Below are positions 38,554-52,685 of a DNA stretch of 64,000 nt, one piece after another. The notes below the pieces were generated by a model. That model saw nothing but the letters and a program-made list of their open reading frames with translations, searched no databases and was not told the origin of the DNA. Every line of letters starts with the position of its first letter. The stretch's first letter is position 1. The translations under genes were made by a program, and so were the position numbers. Source of the DNA: Octopus sinensis (lineage: Eukaryota); NCBI RefSeq assembly GCF_006345805.1, contig NC_043005.1, positions 26,412,001 to 26,476,000 on the forward strand. The letters run 5' to 3'.

Positions 38554-39635
38554 CCATCCACTACAGTCAAACCAAACCATTGATTTTAACTCTGTGTGTG
38601 CGTGTGAGGTGGTGGTGGTGGAGGGGGGGGGCTCCGAATGAATGATAAGGTGAGTTATTTATAGTCAAACATATTTCAGCATGATTAAATACATTTCCCA
38701 GGGAAGGCAGTGACCAGCAGAATGGTCGAAAATGCTTAGCGACATTTCTTCGGACTCTTTACGTTTTGAGTTTAAAAAAATAAATCGCCCAAGACAACTT
38801 TGCTTTCAAATCACTTCGGGGTCGGTAAAGCAAAGTACCACCAGTTGAAGACTGGAAGTCGATGGAAATGGCTTCTCTCTGAAAACTACTAACATTGAAT
38901 CCTACAGTGGACCGGAGTTCCGTTTGGGGAGAAATGTTGTGATATCAGTCACTTATACCGCCACGGAAATCAGGTAAATGGTCTTAAGAGTTAGTTCTCG
39001 GAGTCAAAAACCGCAAAACAAAAAAAAAAAAAAAGAAACTAAGACGGGAAGCGGCGAGCTGACGTAATTGTTAACGCGTCGGTCAAAATGCTTAACAGAA
39101 TTTCTTCTGGGTCTTTGCGCTCTGAGTTCAAATCCCACCGAAGTCATCTTTACCGTTCAGCTTTTTAACTTTTCCGGATTGGTAACTTAAGGTACCAACC
39201 AAGTACTCAGGCTAATGTAATCAACTTGCTTCCACGTGTCAAAACTAGTCGTTCAACCATACAATGGGCTGGAGTCCATTGCAAGGGGAATGTAATCCCG
39301 GTCACTTTACGTTGTAGAAACCGGGCAACATCCCTGTGAGTCACAAGGCTCCGGACAAAGATAAATAAATAAATAAATAAGTAAATAAAAAAATAAATAA
39401 ACGGTGTGAAGTGAGGGGAATTTGACACCTTTTTCTAGCATGATAACTATTAAGTTCCGTGCTGTTTTTTTTTTTATAAATGTGAATAAGAAGATAGATT
39501 AAAGCTTGTCAAGAGAAATATTTCAATTTCCAGCCTATCTGGCCTTGTTGTGATAAGCATATGTTTTATGGCGGTGACTTCGAGACATTTTAAGCTTTTA
39601 ACAAACAGGCAGAATAATTCATAGATAGATATGGA

Positions 39636-39668
<33 letters not shown>

Positions 39669-39679
39669 GTGTATATATA

Positions 39680-39714
<35 letters not shown>

Positions 39715-39716
39715 AC

Positions 39717-39759
<43 letters not shown>

Positions 39760-39890
39760 ATATAAGCACAAGCACACACACACACACAGAGATACGTATA
39801 CACACACATGTACATATATGTATGTATATATGTATATAGGAGATAAGTAGGTACGTATGGTTTCATATATGTGTGTATGCGCTCCCTTCT

Positions 39891-39928
<38 letters not shown>

Positions 39929-40076
39929 CACACAAATATATATATATATATATATATACATATATATATACATATATATATATATATATTATATATATAT
40001 ATATATATACATACATATACATATATATATACATATATATATATACATATATATATATACATATATATATATTATA

Positions 40077-40116
<40 letters not shown>

Positions 40117-40291
40117 TAATATATATATATATAACATGTGAGTGGGAGGAGGGAAGGAACGTGGTGGGGGCAACGATCCAGATACACTTCAGATTATAAA
40201 TGTATCGGCTACATTTTGTACTTTGGAGAATCCAAACAACTTGTAAGGAACATTAGCTATATATGTATGTGTATAAATATTTATATAAATA

Positions 40292-41135
40292 CACAGGATG
40301 CGATGGGGAACTTGTCACCATTTTATAATTTCGCGCATGCACATTGTTTCTTTTTGATTTTGTCAACTACACAATATAGTAGGGTCTCTAAGATAAACAG
40401 CACCATGACGCAATTCACTCATCCAGAAATTTACAAACGACATTCTGTACTGCTTGGTATTCGACCCGAACGCTCCAATGTGAACCTTTCAGAGTGTTTG
40501 GGTGTCATTCTGAGGACATATACCGAGAGTGATAAAATCAAACATCCAGTCAGCATCATGGTGTTTGGAGTGATCACTAGAGATGGTGACGTTATGCCTC
40601 CATTCACCTTCCCACAAGACCTTACACTCTACACGGAGGCCTACATCAAGTGCCTGGAGGAGGTAGTGCTGCCCTTGGTCAAGAGGGTGGCTGCTGGAAG
40701 ACCCTATGTCTGGCAACAGGACTCTGCACCATATCGTACGAGCAGGAGAACCCGGTCATGTCTGTCCGACAATTTCTGCAACCACACCACTCCTAACTAC
40801 CCTGACTGCAACCCCCATGATTATTATGTATGGGGCGCAGTCGAGCGAGAGAACAACAAAACTCCTTGTAACACCAAAGATGAACTGAAGGCAAGGATTA
40901 TGGCAACATTCACCAACTTAAACAAGAAGACCGTCGAGAAGTGTCTCAGGAGATTCCGAAGTTGTCTGCAGGCCGTGGTTGAAGCCAATGGCGATTTTAA
41001 TGAATAAATTGACTTTTTAGTATTTCAAGATATTTTAATGTATTTTTTGTAAATATATCTGCTAAAATGAGAGTCAGTATTATTTTCATTTTTGCGTACG
41101 TAATTTAGACGACAATTTATTCACTGCACTCTTTA
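40292..41135 (+). mobile_element. maT-type (DD37D) Tc1/mariner deletion derivative
   Basis: Transposase remnant KHPVSIMVFGVIT..WQQDSAP..PDCNPHDYYVWG..CLQAVVEANG; degenerate TIRs (caggatgcgatggggaacttgtc / gacaatttattcactgcactct). Confidence 0.85.
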
Positions 41136-41166
41136 TGTGTGTGTGTATGTGTGTGTGTGTGTGTTT

Positions 41167-41208
<42 letters not shown>

Positions 41209-41904
41209 ATCAGTTCAAGCTTATCCTCATTAGGATATCCAATATTTCACTGGGTTAATCTTATTCACGTTAGAAGAAAATTTCTACGATGCTTCATGGA
41301 TTATTATAATAGTTAAAATTAATAATATAAGAAAATAATATAAGGATGTATAGATAAGCTATTTGCATCATAGTTTGTTTTTAAGATATAAATACAAATA
41401 TATTTAAAAAAGACACAATAGAAAACTCAAAAAACCTACATAAGTTTCGATTCTGGCCCCTTGGACATGCATAATTCAAAACATTTGGGTTAAATCAAAT
41501 GTTAAGAGACGGGCAACATAAAGAACATCCCCTTCATCAGTTGTCCCCTGTTTTATCTACTCCGCGTTTGAAAGGTAGGGACAAGACGCAACTTCGTTAA
41601 AACAGTCCTTCCCGCAAAGCAAATTAAATAGAATTTTGGATTTTTGCGGAGAACAAAACAGTAAAAACAAACGGCGAGGGTTGTTAAGCCAAGACGATAT
41701 GAAGCGGTGAACGCTGGAAAATCGAACTTTGATAAGAGATAGGTAGAAGCACGTCTTATATATATATATCTGTTAAATGTCCTAAGTATGTATACAATTA
41801 TGTATAATGCAGTATTTCTTCTAAAAGAGGTAAAAACGAAAATAAGATAAGAAATAATCTGTATTTTATATTACAATAGAACATATAAAAAATCTTAGAA
41901 TATA

Positions 41905-42303
41905 CTAGCAGTATCGCCCGGCGTTGCTCGGGTTTGTAAAGGAAATAACTATATAAGCATTTTTAGAGAGTTATAGCCAAATAATAGCAAAAAAATGCAT
42001 TAAAAATGGAAAAAAAATGATGGTAAATTTTTTTTTAAATCGTTGACTCATCGTAGACATTTTTAGAGAGTTATTTCCCTTATATAATAGCGAAAAAATG
42101 CATTAAAATGGAAAACAAATTATGGTAAATTTTTTTTTTAATCGTAGACTCATCGTAGACGCGCGCTAATACCCAGAAGGGCTCGATATGAATCACGACT
42201 ATAAGATACCCGGTTTTGGTTAAACTGCACCGCAAAATGTGGGAGTAGTTAGGAATCTAAATCGTAGGAGACAGACGCACAACCTTACTTTTATATATAA
42301 AGA
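41905..42303 (-). mobile_element. Non-autonomous Helitron with canonical ends
   Basis: Minus strand reads A|TC...hairpin...CTAG|T; internal ~95-bp tandem duplication. Confidence 0.8.
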
Positions 42304-43329
42304 TGTCTCGGTTCATTTATTGATATTTATAGAAAATGCATATTACGCTTGTATCTGTTAAATATTATGTGTATTGCATCATTGATTCAAAGAAGGGATT
42401 TTTATAAATGTTCGAGATAATATAATTAGAATATGAGTGCAAAAAATCTAAGACTGTTGAATTCCAAGATGAGAAGAAAAGTCCAGGATGCTTCCGAAAA
42501 GATAATACAATCCGAAACGTGAAATAACCTATATAAAAGAGATGAATAGCAAAACGCTGTTATATGCTGCAGGATGGAAGGAAAATGGCTGACGGGAGTG
42601 TGAAAGATGGATGAAAGTGGTCTTTGTTAGAGAAGAGTGAAAACAAAGGAGGGAAGTAGCAGGACAATATGAGTGTATGTTAGTGTGGGGATCTTAAATG
42701 ATCATAGAATGAATAACGGTCTAGCAGAAGTGACAGCTGAAAGGGGGAGAGAGACAGGAATGGTTCAAATGTGAGATTTTAAAACTTTTCTTTTAGAACT
42801 TTATTTAATAGACGAATTTTTAAGGACTAGGCTTCGATTTAAAAAAAAGAATGGCCATCCTTTCCGGACTAACCTGATAGACTTCATGCTCGTAGATAGC
42901 ATTCTTATATCAATAAGAACGTGCTTTTGTGAGATTAAAACAGAAAACATGCCTCAAAATAAAGTGAAGCAGAATTTTCTTCGGCGAAAATATTTTGCAA
43001 AAGATTTTGTAGTAATCAACTAGAGAATGTATAAATGTCAAGTAAGGAATCTTAATATATAATCATTTAAGACAGCTTAATGTCAATATCTGGATATGTG
43101 CTTATATATTGGTATGTATGTATGTATGTGTGTGCATGTTCTGGTTTCATTTTTCGAATTTCTCACTAATAGAAAAAGACCCAGAGCGAAGTCTCTTTCT
43201 TTGGCACTTAGACAATAACAATGGGGTAAGTTATACGTGTACTCACACGTGTATTCACGCATCTAAGCATCCTTGCATATATATATATAAGTGCATATAT
43301 ATGTGTGTGTGTATATGTGTATATATATG

Positions 43330-43375
<46 letters not shown>

Positions 43376-43384
43376 GAGAGAGAG

Positions 43385-43555
<171 letters not shown>

Positions 43556-44744
43556 CATACATACATATATTTGTGTACGAATGTATGCATATAACCTCGT
43601 ATGTCCATGTTCATGTGCTCGCCTAGATATATTTATACCAGTAAGAAATGGATATCAAATCATTGCATGTTTGGATCCGTATGTTTTGATTATATCAGTA
43701 TAGTCTTACATATTCTTGCATGCCTATACATGTGTATATGCACTTCTAACATCGGAATTTCTGAAATGTTTTATATATATATTCTCAGTACCTTTAAAGG
43801 TTTGCAACTGTAATTACCAAATTTGCCATAACTCCGCCCTCCGGTTAAATGGAGCTCAGTTTATCGAGACTGGTAACACTTGATATATAAACTGACAGGA
43901 CGATCACGACTGGAATGCATTCTAAATCAGTGGTAACTTGGGGGCCAAATTAGAACGACACCTAAAAGAGTAACTACAAAGCCAGTCGATCTGTTAGCAA
44001 GCAATGCTCTCTCATATCAGACCACAGGAAGATTGATTTAAAATGTAGCTCCTATCATGTATAAATAAAATGGATATATATATATTTTAGATTTATCGTA
44101 TCGCATAGTGCTGCTGACTAACAAATCAATAAACCTGCAGATATGTACGACGGTATATTATAGCACAGCAATAATTTAATATTCGATCTAGAGAAGTGTT
44201 AAATACGTAAATTGCTCCTTCCAGTGTATTTTATAACGACTAACGCTTGTGCAGTTATAAACGGTGTGCTCGAGAGTAGCCAAGGTTCCCTGGCAAGATG
44301 TATTATTTACAATCATCGTAATATACATGTGATATGTTCTACAGTTCGTCATAATATAAAGAAACTCTCTTAATAGACCACCAACAATATATATATATGA
44401 AAGAAGGTTTCAAAATGCAATTTTAAAGATGTTTATTCACTTAACCGGTTTCACTTTTTTAGGAAAAGATTGTCAGAAGTAAAATGTAAAGCTTTGTATA
44501 TTATTTGTTGTGTTAAATACTGGTTATCACAAAAGTATTAAAATACATATATACATTCTTTGATAATAATAAGAAAATGTTAAAAACATTTTACAAGAAA
44601 GTACTTAAAATGTATTCAACAAAAAGTATTAGGAGTTCAATAAAAATCATGTTTGTTTGGTAGTATATATATATATACACAGAAGGAGACACATTTAAGA
44701 GTTTACTAAGAATTCGAGAGGAACCAACCTATATAGTCTTTTAT

Positions 44745-45030
44745 TCTTCTCTTTGTTTCAGTCATTTGACTGCGGCCATGTGGGAGCACCTTTTAATCGA
44801 ACAAAGCGACCCTAAGACTTATTCTTTGTAAGCCTAGTACCGAATAATTGTCATATATTATTTATATATATATATATACACGACGGGCTTCTTTCAGTTT
44901 CCTTGTACCAAATCCACTCACAGGACTTTGGCCGGCCCAAGGCTATAGCAGAAGACACTTTACGAAGGTACCACGCAGTGGGACTGAACCCAGAACTATG
45001 TGGTTGGGAAGCAAGTTTCTTACCACACAC
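44745..45030 (-). mobile_element. SINE family B with internal deletion
   Basis: Tail at 44745-44840, then (TA)n, then head at 44880-45030. Confidence 0.8.
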
Positions 45031-45858
45031 ACTTATATATATGTGTATGTATGTATGTATGTATGCAGGTAGGTAGGTAGGTAGGTAGGTAGGTAGGTAG
45101 GTAGGTAGGTAGGTAGGTAGGTATGTTTGTATGCATGTTATGTATGCATACACACATCCACGTACATACACATACACAGGCACTTACACACACATAATAA
45201 AGTAGGAAAATGGGAATCTGTTTGGTGCTATTTATTCACCATTACATGTGTTCCATTTGCTAATAGGACTCACAAAGATTTACATATTATATAGACATGT
45301 AAAGAAGGAAACACATGTCATGGAGAATAAATGGTAATTCTATTTTCCTATTGCAAATAGTTTCTTTCCGTAACTCTCAATTTTGGTATGTTTTTTGACT
45401 CACATAGAGCTCTAGATATGGATACATATTAATTGTAATATTGGAATAAACAGATGTGCTTCAAAACGGAAACAGCTGGAATTTACCATAACTGAAATAA
45501 TTGCACGCGCGCACGCGCACAGACACATACACGGATAGTCACACATGCATAAACACATGACAAGCTGAAGTAATTACATGGTGAGTACATCAAATATCAT
45601 ATGACCAATATAGAGAAAAAGGTCTGCATGTGCAAACACGCGCGTATGTGTGTATCTATGTATGTACGCATGTATATATGTATGTGCGAACGTTCGTATG
45701 TATGTGTGTTTATTTATGTATATCCGACAACTGACGAAGGGTCGTTCTTTATGATATTTATCCCGGTTTCCATTTGCTTCTCTCGTTGTTTGCGTATTGA
45801 ACTCATTTGTTTTCGTATTTCATGTTGTTTACTGTTGGTGACGTCCTGTACCCATACA

Positions 45859-45905
<47 letters not shown>

Positions 45906-46217
45906 TCTTTTATTCTTTTATTCTTCTATTTGTTTCAGCCATTTGGTTGCGGCAATGCTGGAACACCACCTTACGGGGTTTTAGTCGAGCAATTCGACCC
46001 CAGAACTCAGTCTTTGTAAGCCTAGTACTCATTCTATAGATCTCTTTGAGGCGAACCGCTAAGTTGCAGAGACATAAACACGCCAACATTGGTTGTCGGT
46101 ATATATATATATATATATATATATATAATCATATCAAAGGGAAATGGAAATTAATAGACATTTTCACTTCCAGCGGCCTAGCGTGTAAAAATTTAGTCCA
46201 AAGACTATGTATTACTC

Positions 46218-46505
46218 ATAAAATACAGTGTACATTTAAACATAAAGAATCCGCTCGTGGGATTCAACACGCTAGAAAGAACAGCTAGGCTCTATAACCA
46301 CAAAATTAGGAATAAAATCCCGACAGAAACGAAATGAAAAAATAAAAACTTTTACCGTCTAGATGGTAAAAGTTTTTATTTTTTCATTTCGTTTCTGTCG
46401 GGATTTTATCCCTAATTTTGTGGTTATAGAACCTAGCTGTTCTTTCTAGCGTGTTGAATCCCACGAGTAGATTCCTTATGTGTTTAAATGTACACTGTAT
46501 TTTAT
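46218..46505. repeat. Spacer-less palindrome, ~143-bp arms
   Basis: Centre tct|aga at 46360/46361; arms are reverse-complementary with a few mismatches; right end runs into (TA)n. Confidence 0.95.
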
Positions 46506-46613
46506 ATATATATATATATATAGGGAGAATTCACAAAGAAAAACAAAAGACGAAGACAGGTGGTGTAGACAACAAACAGATGTATTAGTATAACGCTCGG
46601 GAAGTGAAAAAGT

Positions 46614-46649
46614 CTTTAACGTTTCAAGCCTATGCTCTTCTACAGAAAG
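46614..46649 (-). ncRNA. Hammerhead-like motif, core CUGUAGA
   Basis: CUUU-CUGUAGA-A-GAGC(auag)GCUU-GAAA-C-GUU-AAAG; same family as 29047. Confidence 0.5.
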
Positions 46650-47105
46650 GAACACAGAATGAAATAAGGAGAGAAAACAAAGAATGTGTAGTCGCCGTGT
46701 GTATATGTTTGTGTGTCCGTGTTTGTCCTCCCAACATCGCTTGACAACCGATGCTGGTGTGTTTACGTCAACGTAAATTAGCGGTTCGGCTTGAGAGACC
46801 GATATAATAAGTACTAGGCTCACAAAGAATAAGCACTGGTGTCGATTTGTTCGACTAAAGGCGGTGCTCCAGTATGGCCGCAGTCAAATGACTGAAACAA
46901 GTAAAAGAGTAAAAGAGTATATATAAATACATAAATGTACTTGTGAGGTTGTATGTCCGTAGTAATATCCATGAGGATATTAAAATATGCGAATAATGAT
47001 TATATAGCTGTAATGCAAATAGATACGAATGTTGGTATAAAATGATTTTAAAAGGCATCTTGAGCAGGTGCAAAGTCTGACTGCCATTTCGAGAAGATAT
47101 GGGAT

Positions 47106-47482
47106 GGAAGCACTCCGTCGGTTACGACGACGAGGGTTCGGTTGATCCGAATCAACGGAACAGCCTGCTCGTGAAATTAACGTGTAAGTGGCTGAGCACT
47201 CCACAGACACGTGTACCCTTAACGTAGTTCTCGGGGATATTCAGCATGACACAGAGAGTGACAAGGCCGGCCCTTTGAAATACAGGTACAACAGAAACAG
47301 GAAGTAAGAGTGAGAGAAAGTTGTGGTGAAAGAGTACAGCAGGGATCACCACCCCTGCCGGAGCCTCTGGAGCTTTTAGGTGTTTTCGCTCAATAAACAC
47401 TCACAACGCCCGGTCTGGGAATCGAAACCGCGATCCTATGACCGCGAGTCCGCTGCCCTAACCACTGGGCCATTGCGCCTTC
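47106..47482 (-). mobile_element. SINE family C, complete
   Basis: Homology to 37510-37890. Confidence 0.9.
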
Positions 47483-47645
47483 CTCGAGAAGATATAGGTT
47501 GGTATGGACGAGTTAATTCCAGCTTTCTCATCTATTTGGATCACCGCTTTACATTCACCAACCACATATTTTAATATCCTCATTGATTTTAATAGGGAAC
47601 ACACAAGCTCGTGAGTACATTTATGGTTTTTTTAATATCTGTATA

Positions 47646-48008
47646 CAGGGTGATTCAAAAGTCTCCATACATAGGAAAAATTATTTATTTTTTTTAAAGA
47701 TTCCCTAGATCCCCCCTGATCTGACCCCTCTTGGTTTCTATCTTTGGGGACATTTGAAAGGCATGGTGTATCGCAGAAAGATAAAAGACATAAATCATTT
47801 GAAGGAACGCATCACCAACTCATTTGCATACGTATCACCAGATGTGCTATTAAGAGTCCACAATGAGGTGGGTAAAAATATTGCAATGTCTAATCAAAAC
47901 AAGGGTAACCATATAGAGCCTGTTAAATAAAAAAAAAACTGTTCTTATAAACTGTTTCTTATAAAAAGATAAATTGTTCTTATGGATGGCGACTTTTGAA
48001 TCACCCTG
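47646..48008 (+). mobile_element. 363-bp Tc1/mariner-superfamily MITE with transposase remnant
   Basis: 23-bp TIRs cagggtgattcaaaagtc(t/g)ccat, TA on both flanks, internal PDLTPLGFYLWGHLKGMVYRRKIKDINHLKERIT. Confidence 0.9.
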
Positions 48009-48174
48009 TATATTTATAAATTTTTATATTTTATCTTGTGTATATGATTGCACCTATGTATGGTGTAGAGTATTCCGACACTTTGAAATATATTGAGTGA
48101 ATATGAACACTGACCTTCGAAATTTGTTCTCTCTTTCTTGGTTATATATATATTTATATATATATATATATATA

Positions 48175-48379
48175 CTCTTTTACTCTTTTACTTGTTTCAG
48201 TCATTTTTGACTGTGGCCATGCTGGAGCACCGCCTTTAGTCGAGCAAATCGACCCCGGGACTTATTCTTTGTAAGCCCAGTACTTATTCTATCGGTCTCT
48301 TTTGCCGAACCACTAAGTGACAGGGACGTAAACACACCAGCATCGGTTGTCAAGCAATACTAGGGGGACAAACACAGAC

Positions 48380-48410
<31 letters not shown>

Positions 48411-48581
48411 CATATATACGACAGGCTTCTTTCAGTTTCCGTCTACCAAATCCACTCACAAGGCATTGGTCGGCCCGGGGCTATAGCAGAAGACACTTGC
48501 CCAAGATGCCACGCAGTGGGACTGAACCCGGAACCATGTGGTTGGTTAGCAAGCTACTTACCACACAGCCACTCCTGCGCC

Positions 48582-48582
<1 letters not shown>
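48175..48582 (-). mobile_element. SINE family B, complete
   Basis: Reverse complement of the 22543-23010 type. Confidence 0.9.
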
Positions 48583-48658
<76 letters not shown>

Positions 48659-48678
48659 TATATATATTATATATATGC

Positions 48679-48711
<33 letters not shown>

Positions 48712-48732
48712 TGTATGTATGTATGTATGTAT

Positions 48733-49122
48733 ATCGACCCTAGTACGCACTGGTACTTAATTTATTGACTTCGAAAGGATGAAAGGCAAGATCGTCCTCG
48801 GTGGAATTTGAACTCAGAACATAAATACTGACGAAATACCGCTATACATTTCGCCCGGCGTGCTAGCGTTTCTGCCAGCTCGCTGCCTTACACTACATTC
48901 ATAACATGCTAACGTAGAGTAGAAGCAAAGCAACGAGCTGGCAGAATCGTTAAAACGTCGGCCAAAATGCTTAGCAGTATTTCGTCCGTCTTTACGTTCT
49001 GAGTTCAAATGTCACCGGGGTCGACTTTGTGTTTCATCCTTTCAGGATCGTTAAAATAAGTACCAGTTGTGTACTGTGGTTGATGTAATCGACTTAACTC
49101 CTCCCTCAAAATTGCAGGCCTT
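48733..49122. mobile_element. Two divergent SINE family A copies (48733-48889 minus, 48930-49122 plus)
   Basis: Two heads with B-boxes in opposite orientation. Confidence 0.8.
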
Positions 49123-49828
49123 CGACAACAGGTTCACACAGCTGAGCCAAAATCGTCGCCCGGGGTGAAAAGCTCAGCCACCCCCATAGCCACGCGGCTA
49201 AGTAGTTGTGTTATAGCTTCTTCACTCATCGACGAAGAGAGAGGCAAGAAGGGATAGGTGTAGCCTAATTGGTTGCATCGACTTACATCTCGTGGGGTTC
49301 TCCAGTACAAACGACAGGTCGTTAGCATTTGGTTCATTGACCTTTACATAGTATCCTACAATCCACCCAAACAGCGGAAGTACGCTTCGGGGACAGTGCT
49401 TCGCACCTTGTTTTTACGAAGTGCTAACCCCGCTCCTTCGTGGTTAATTACGATATGCTTCCTGAAACCGTTTGTGAAAACAACGCCGAGATTTGTCCCA
49501 CGTGTGGGCCTTTATGTGGTTGGATGATATGCTAGCGATAGCAGCCATGTGTCAATTGAATCAGTACCTACATAGGACAAAGTAGTCTTAGATATAAATG
49601 ATGGTAAAATTACCAATGAGAGTTGACTTAATCGAAACAACATCATCATTATCATCATCATCATCAACAACAACAACAACAACATAAACAACAACATCAA
49701 CAGCAGCAACAACAACAACATCCACAACAACAATGATATAACAATGACGACGGTAAGAACAACAACGGCAATAACAGCAACAATAACAACAACAACAGCC
49801 ACAGCAATAACACAACAACAGCAACAGT

Positions 49829-50008
49829 GGGGGCGCAATAGCCCGGTGGTTAGGGCATTGGATTCGCGATTGTAAGAACGCGGTTTCGATTCCCAGACCG
49901 GTCATTGTGAGTGTTTATTGAGCAAAAATACCTAAGCTCCACGTGGCTCGGTGGGGGTGGGGGTGAACCCGCTGTACTCTTTCACCACAACTTCCTCTCA
50001 CTCTTTCT
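49829..50008 (+). mobile_element. SINE family C, 5' half
   Basis: tRNA-like head and central domain homology. Confidence 0.8.
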
Positions 50009-50637
50009 TCCTACTTCTGCCACAAAGCTGAGGAACCATGGTGTAACACATTATGGTGTGGTAAACTTTCAGACCCTAGTCTAGATTGCGAATCCTCTGT
50101 ACCTACCCCAGGATGGTTCAGCTCTCCGCCCGATTAAAGCCACCGTTTGCGGAATTACGATAACAACGTAGCTTTCGCGCCCGTGCAACCGCCAGTCTAT
50201 CGCATTCTTAGCAGCTTAGAGTAGGCTCGAATTAGAGATTATTCTTTGTGGCTAATGGCGTGAGTCCTGATTGGAAGAAGAAGAAGAAGAAGAAGAAGAA
50301 GAAGAAGAAGAAGAAGAAGAAGAAGAAGAAGAAGAAGAAGAAGAAGAAGAAGAAGAAGAAGACAGCAATAAAGCATCAACTACATGAAAATGTTGCTTTT
50401 GTTGGTGCTGTTGTTGCTACAGCTGTTTAATCCTAGGTTAACCCATATACCTTACACACACGATCATCTGTGTTCCATCCGCGACAATCCAAGCCTCTGT
50501 TGAAGAATATGATCTAAGTGTACCTTGGACTACATTGTTCAATGTATTCATTCTCTAGAAAGCCGAATGACCCCATAGAACCGCCCTTTTCTCGACTGTC
50601 ATATTTGTTGATCTTGTTCGTTTGCTAATCATCATCA

Positions 50638-50730
<93 letters not shown>

Positions 50731-50794
50731 ACTCCAGTTCGTCCCTGGAAACAGTAGACCTACAATCACAGACAACGCAACCGTGACCGGAGGA

Positions 50795-51125
50795 GAGGAT
50801 ACTCCCTTCGGTCATGAATGACTATGGGGTTGCACCTAGAAAGTTACCCCCGAGGCAAGGTTGTTTATGGAAGGTCACCATTCGTCCATGCATACCAGCC
50901 TCCCCTCTTCACACCACTGATGTTATCCAAGGGAAAGGCAAAGGGGCCGATACAACTTGGCTCTAGTGACATTCCAACTCATTTCTACAGCTGAGTTAAC
51001 TGGAGCAACGAGAAATAAAGTGTCTTGCTCAAGAACACAACACGCAGCTCAGTCTGGGAATCGAACTCACAACCTCACGATCGTAAGCTCAACGTTCTAT
51101 GACCACTGAGTCCATGCGCCTTCAC
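50795..51125 (-). mobile_element. SINE family D (tRNA head, V/Meta-like domain)
   Basis: Minus strand shows B-box GAGTTCGATTCC followed by gttgtgttcttgagcaagacactttatttc..cagctgtagaaatgagt. Confidence 0.7.
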
Positions 51126-51735
51126 AACCGCGACCATGACAGTTTATTACTAAAAAGGGATTTTTTCTTATTTTCCCCCTTTACACAAAAAATACAACAT
51201 AACTACATTATCCAAACGCGAACCCAGACTTTTTATAAATTTATTCATTCAATATTTTATATATTTTTCAAAAAAAAACCCCCAAAAAGGAAAGAAACCG
51301 CACAGATTACTGGAGAGCAACTTAGCTACTATTTCCAGCCACTCGAACGCCTCAAACCAGCATGGTGATGGTGAGTCAAGAGTAGACAAGCTGGGCTTAT
51401 GACATACGATATTCCAGAAGTGACACATCGAGTGTTCACTGCTATACGTAGCTGTCATACTAAAGGCGGGGTACGTCAGAGGAAGAAGAAGACAATGATG
51501 TTTGATAAAGCAATACCATTGGGTGACCACGAAAGATGATTTTTTTCCCTCTCACCACGAAATAGTCTGACGAAACCCTATTCTTAGATTCTCTTTTTAC
51601 GTACTTGCTCTATAAATAAATAAATGAGCTAATAAATAGAAAAATAAATAAATAAATAAAAGTCCCCCCCCCATCTCCTGTTACATCTCCACCGCACAGA
51701 CAACCATTATTTAATTTCTGCTTCAGTGGTGTTAC

Positions 51736-51766
<31 letters not shown>

Positions 51767-52623
51767 AGTGTGTGTATGTGTGTGTGTGTTATATATATAT
51801 ATATATGTATATGAATGTATATATATATGTATATATATATATACATATACATATATATATATTTACATAGATATATCCATATATATATATATATCCATAT
51901 ATATATATATACACACACACACATATATATATATATATAGGATGACATACGGATATATATATAGATACATACATATATATACATACATATATATGTCTGT
52001 GCATATATATGCGTGTGTGTGCGTATATATACACATACATACATACATACATACATACATACATACATACATACATACATACATACATACATACATACAT
52101 AGTGTAGTTTACAGGCGTACTTGCTACTCAAAGCATCCTTTTATCTACCCGAAGATGTTCTGCATAAGTACCCGTGAAATAGCTTGCTGGTGTTTAAAAT
52201 AACAACACATATGTACACCAGTTCATACACACTCATAAATGCACACACACACATACACACACACTCATTTACATGGATGTATATACGCGTATGGTGTGTG
52301 TGTGTGTGTGTGTGTGTGTGTGCATATATGTTGTTACCTATTAACAAATAAGAGTGCCACACACACGCGCACACACACACACACACAACACACACACACA
52401 CACACACACCACACACACTGACACACACAAGGCTCAATTATTAACGCTCCAGCATCCTCAGAAACATTCTCCACGCCGCATATGTTTTGTTTCATCATCA
52501 TCATCATCATCATCCCCATCATTCATCGCCACCATTACCACCACCACCTTCACCACCATCATGATGATCATCGTTGCCTTATTATTGTTGCTGTTGTTGC
52601 TGTTGCTGTTGTTCTTTTCTCTC

Positions 52624-52685
<62 letters not shown>

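Noticed and set aside
45725-45770. Hammerhead at CTGACGAAGGG...CCCG
   Set aside because: GAAA and the cleavage triplet are missing; kept only as a relative of the 41529 motif.
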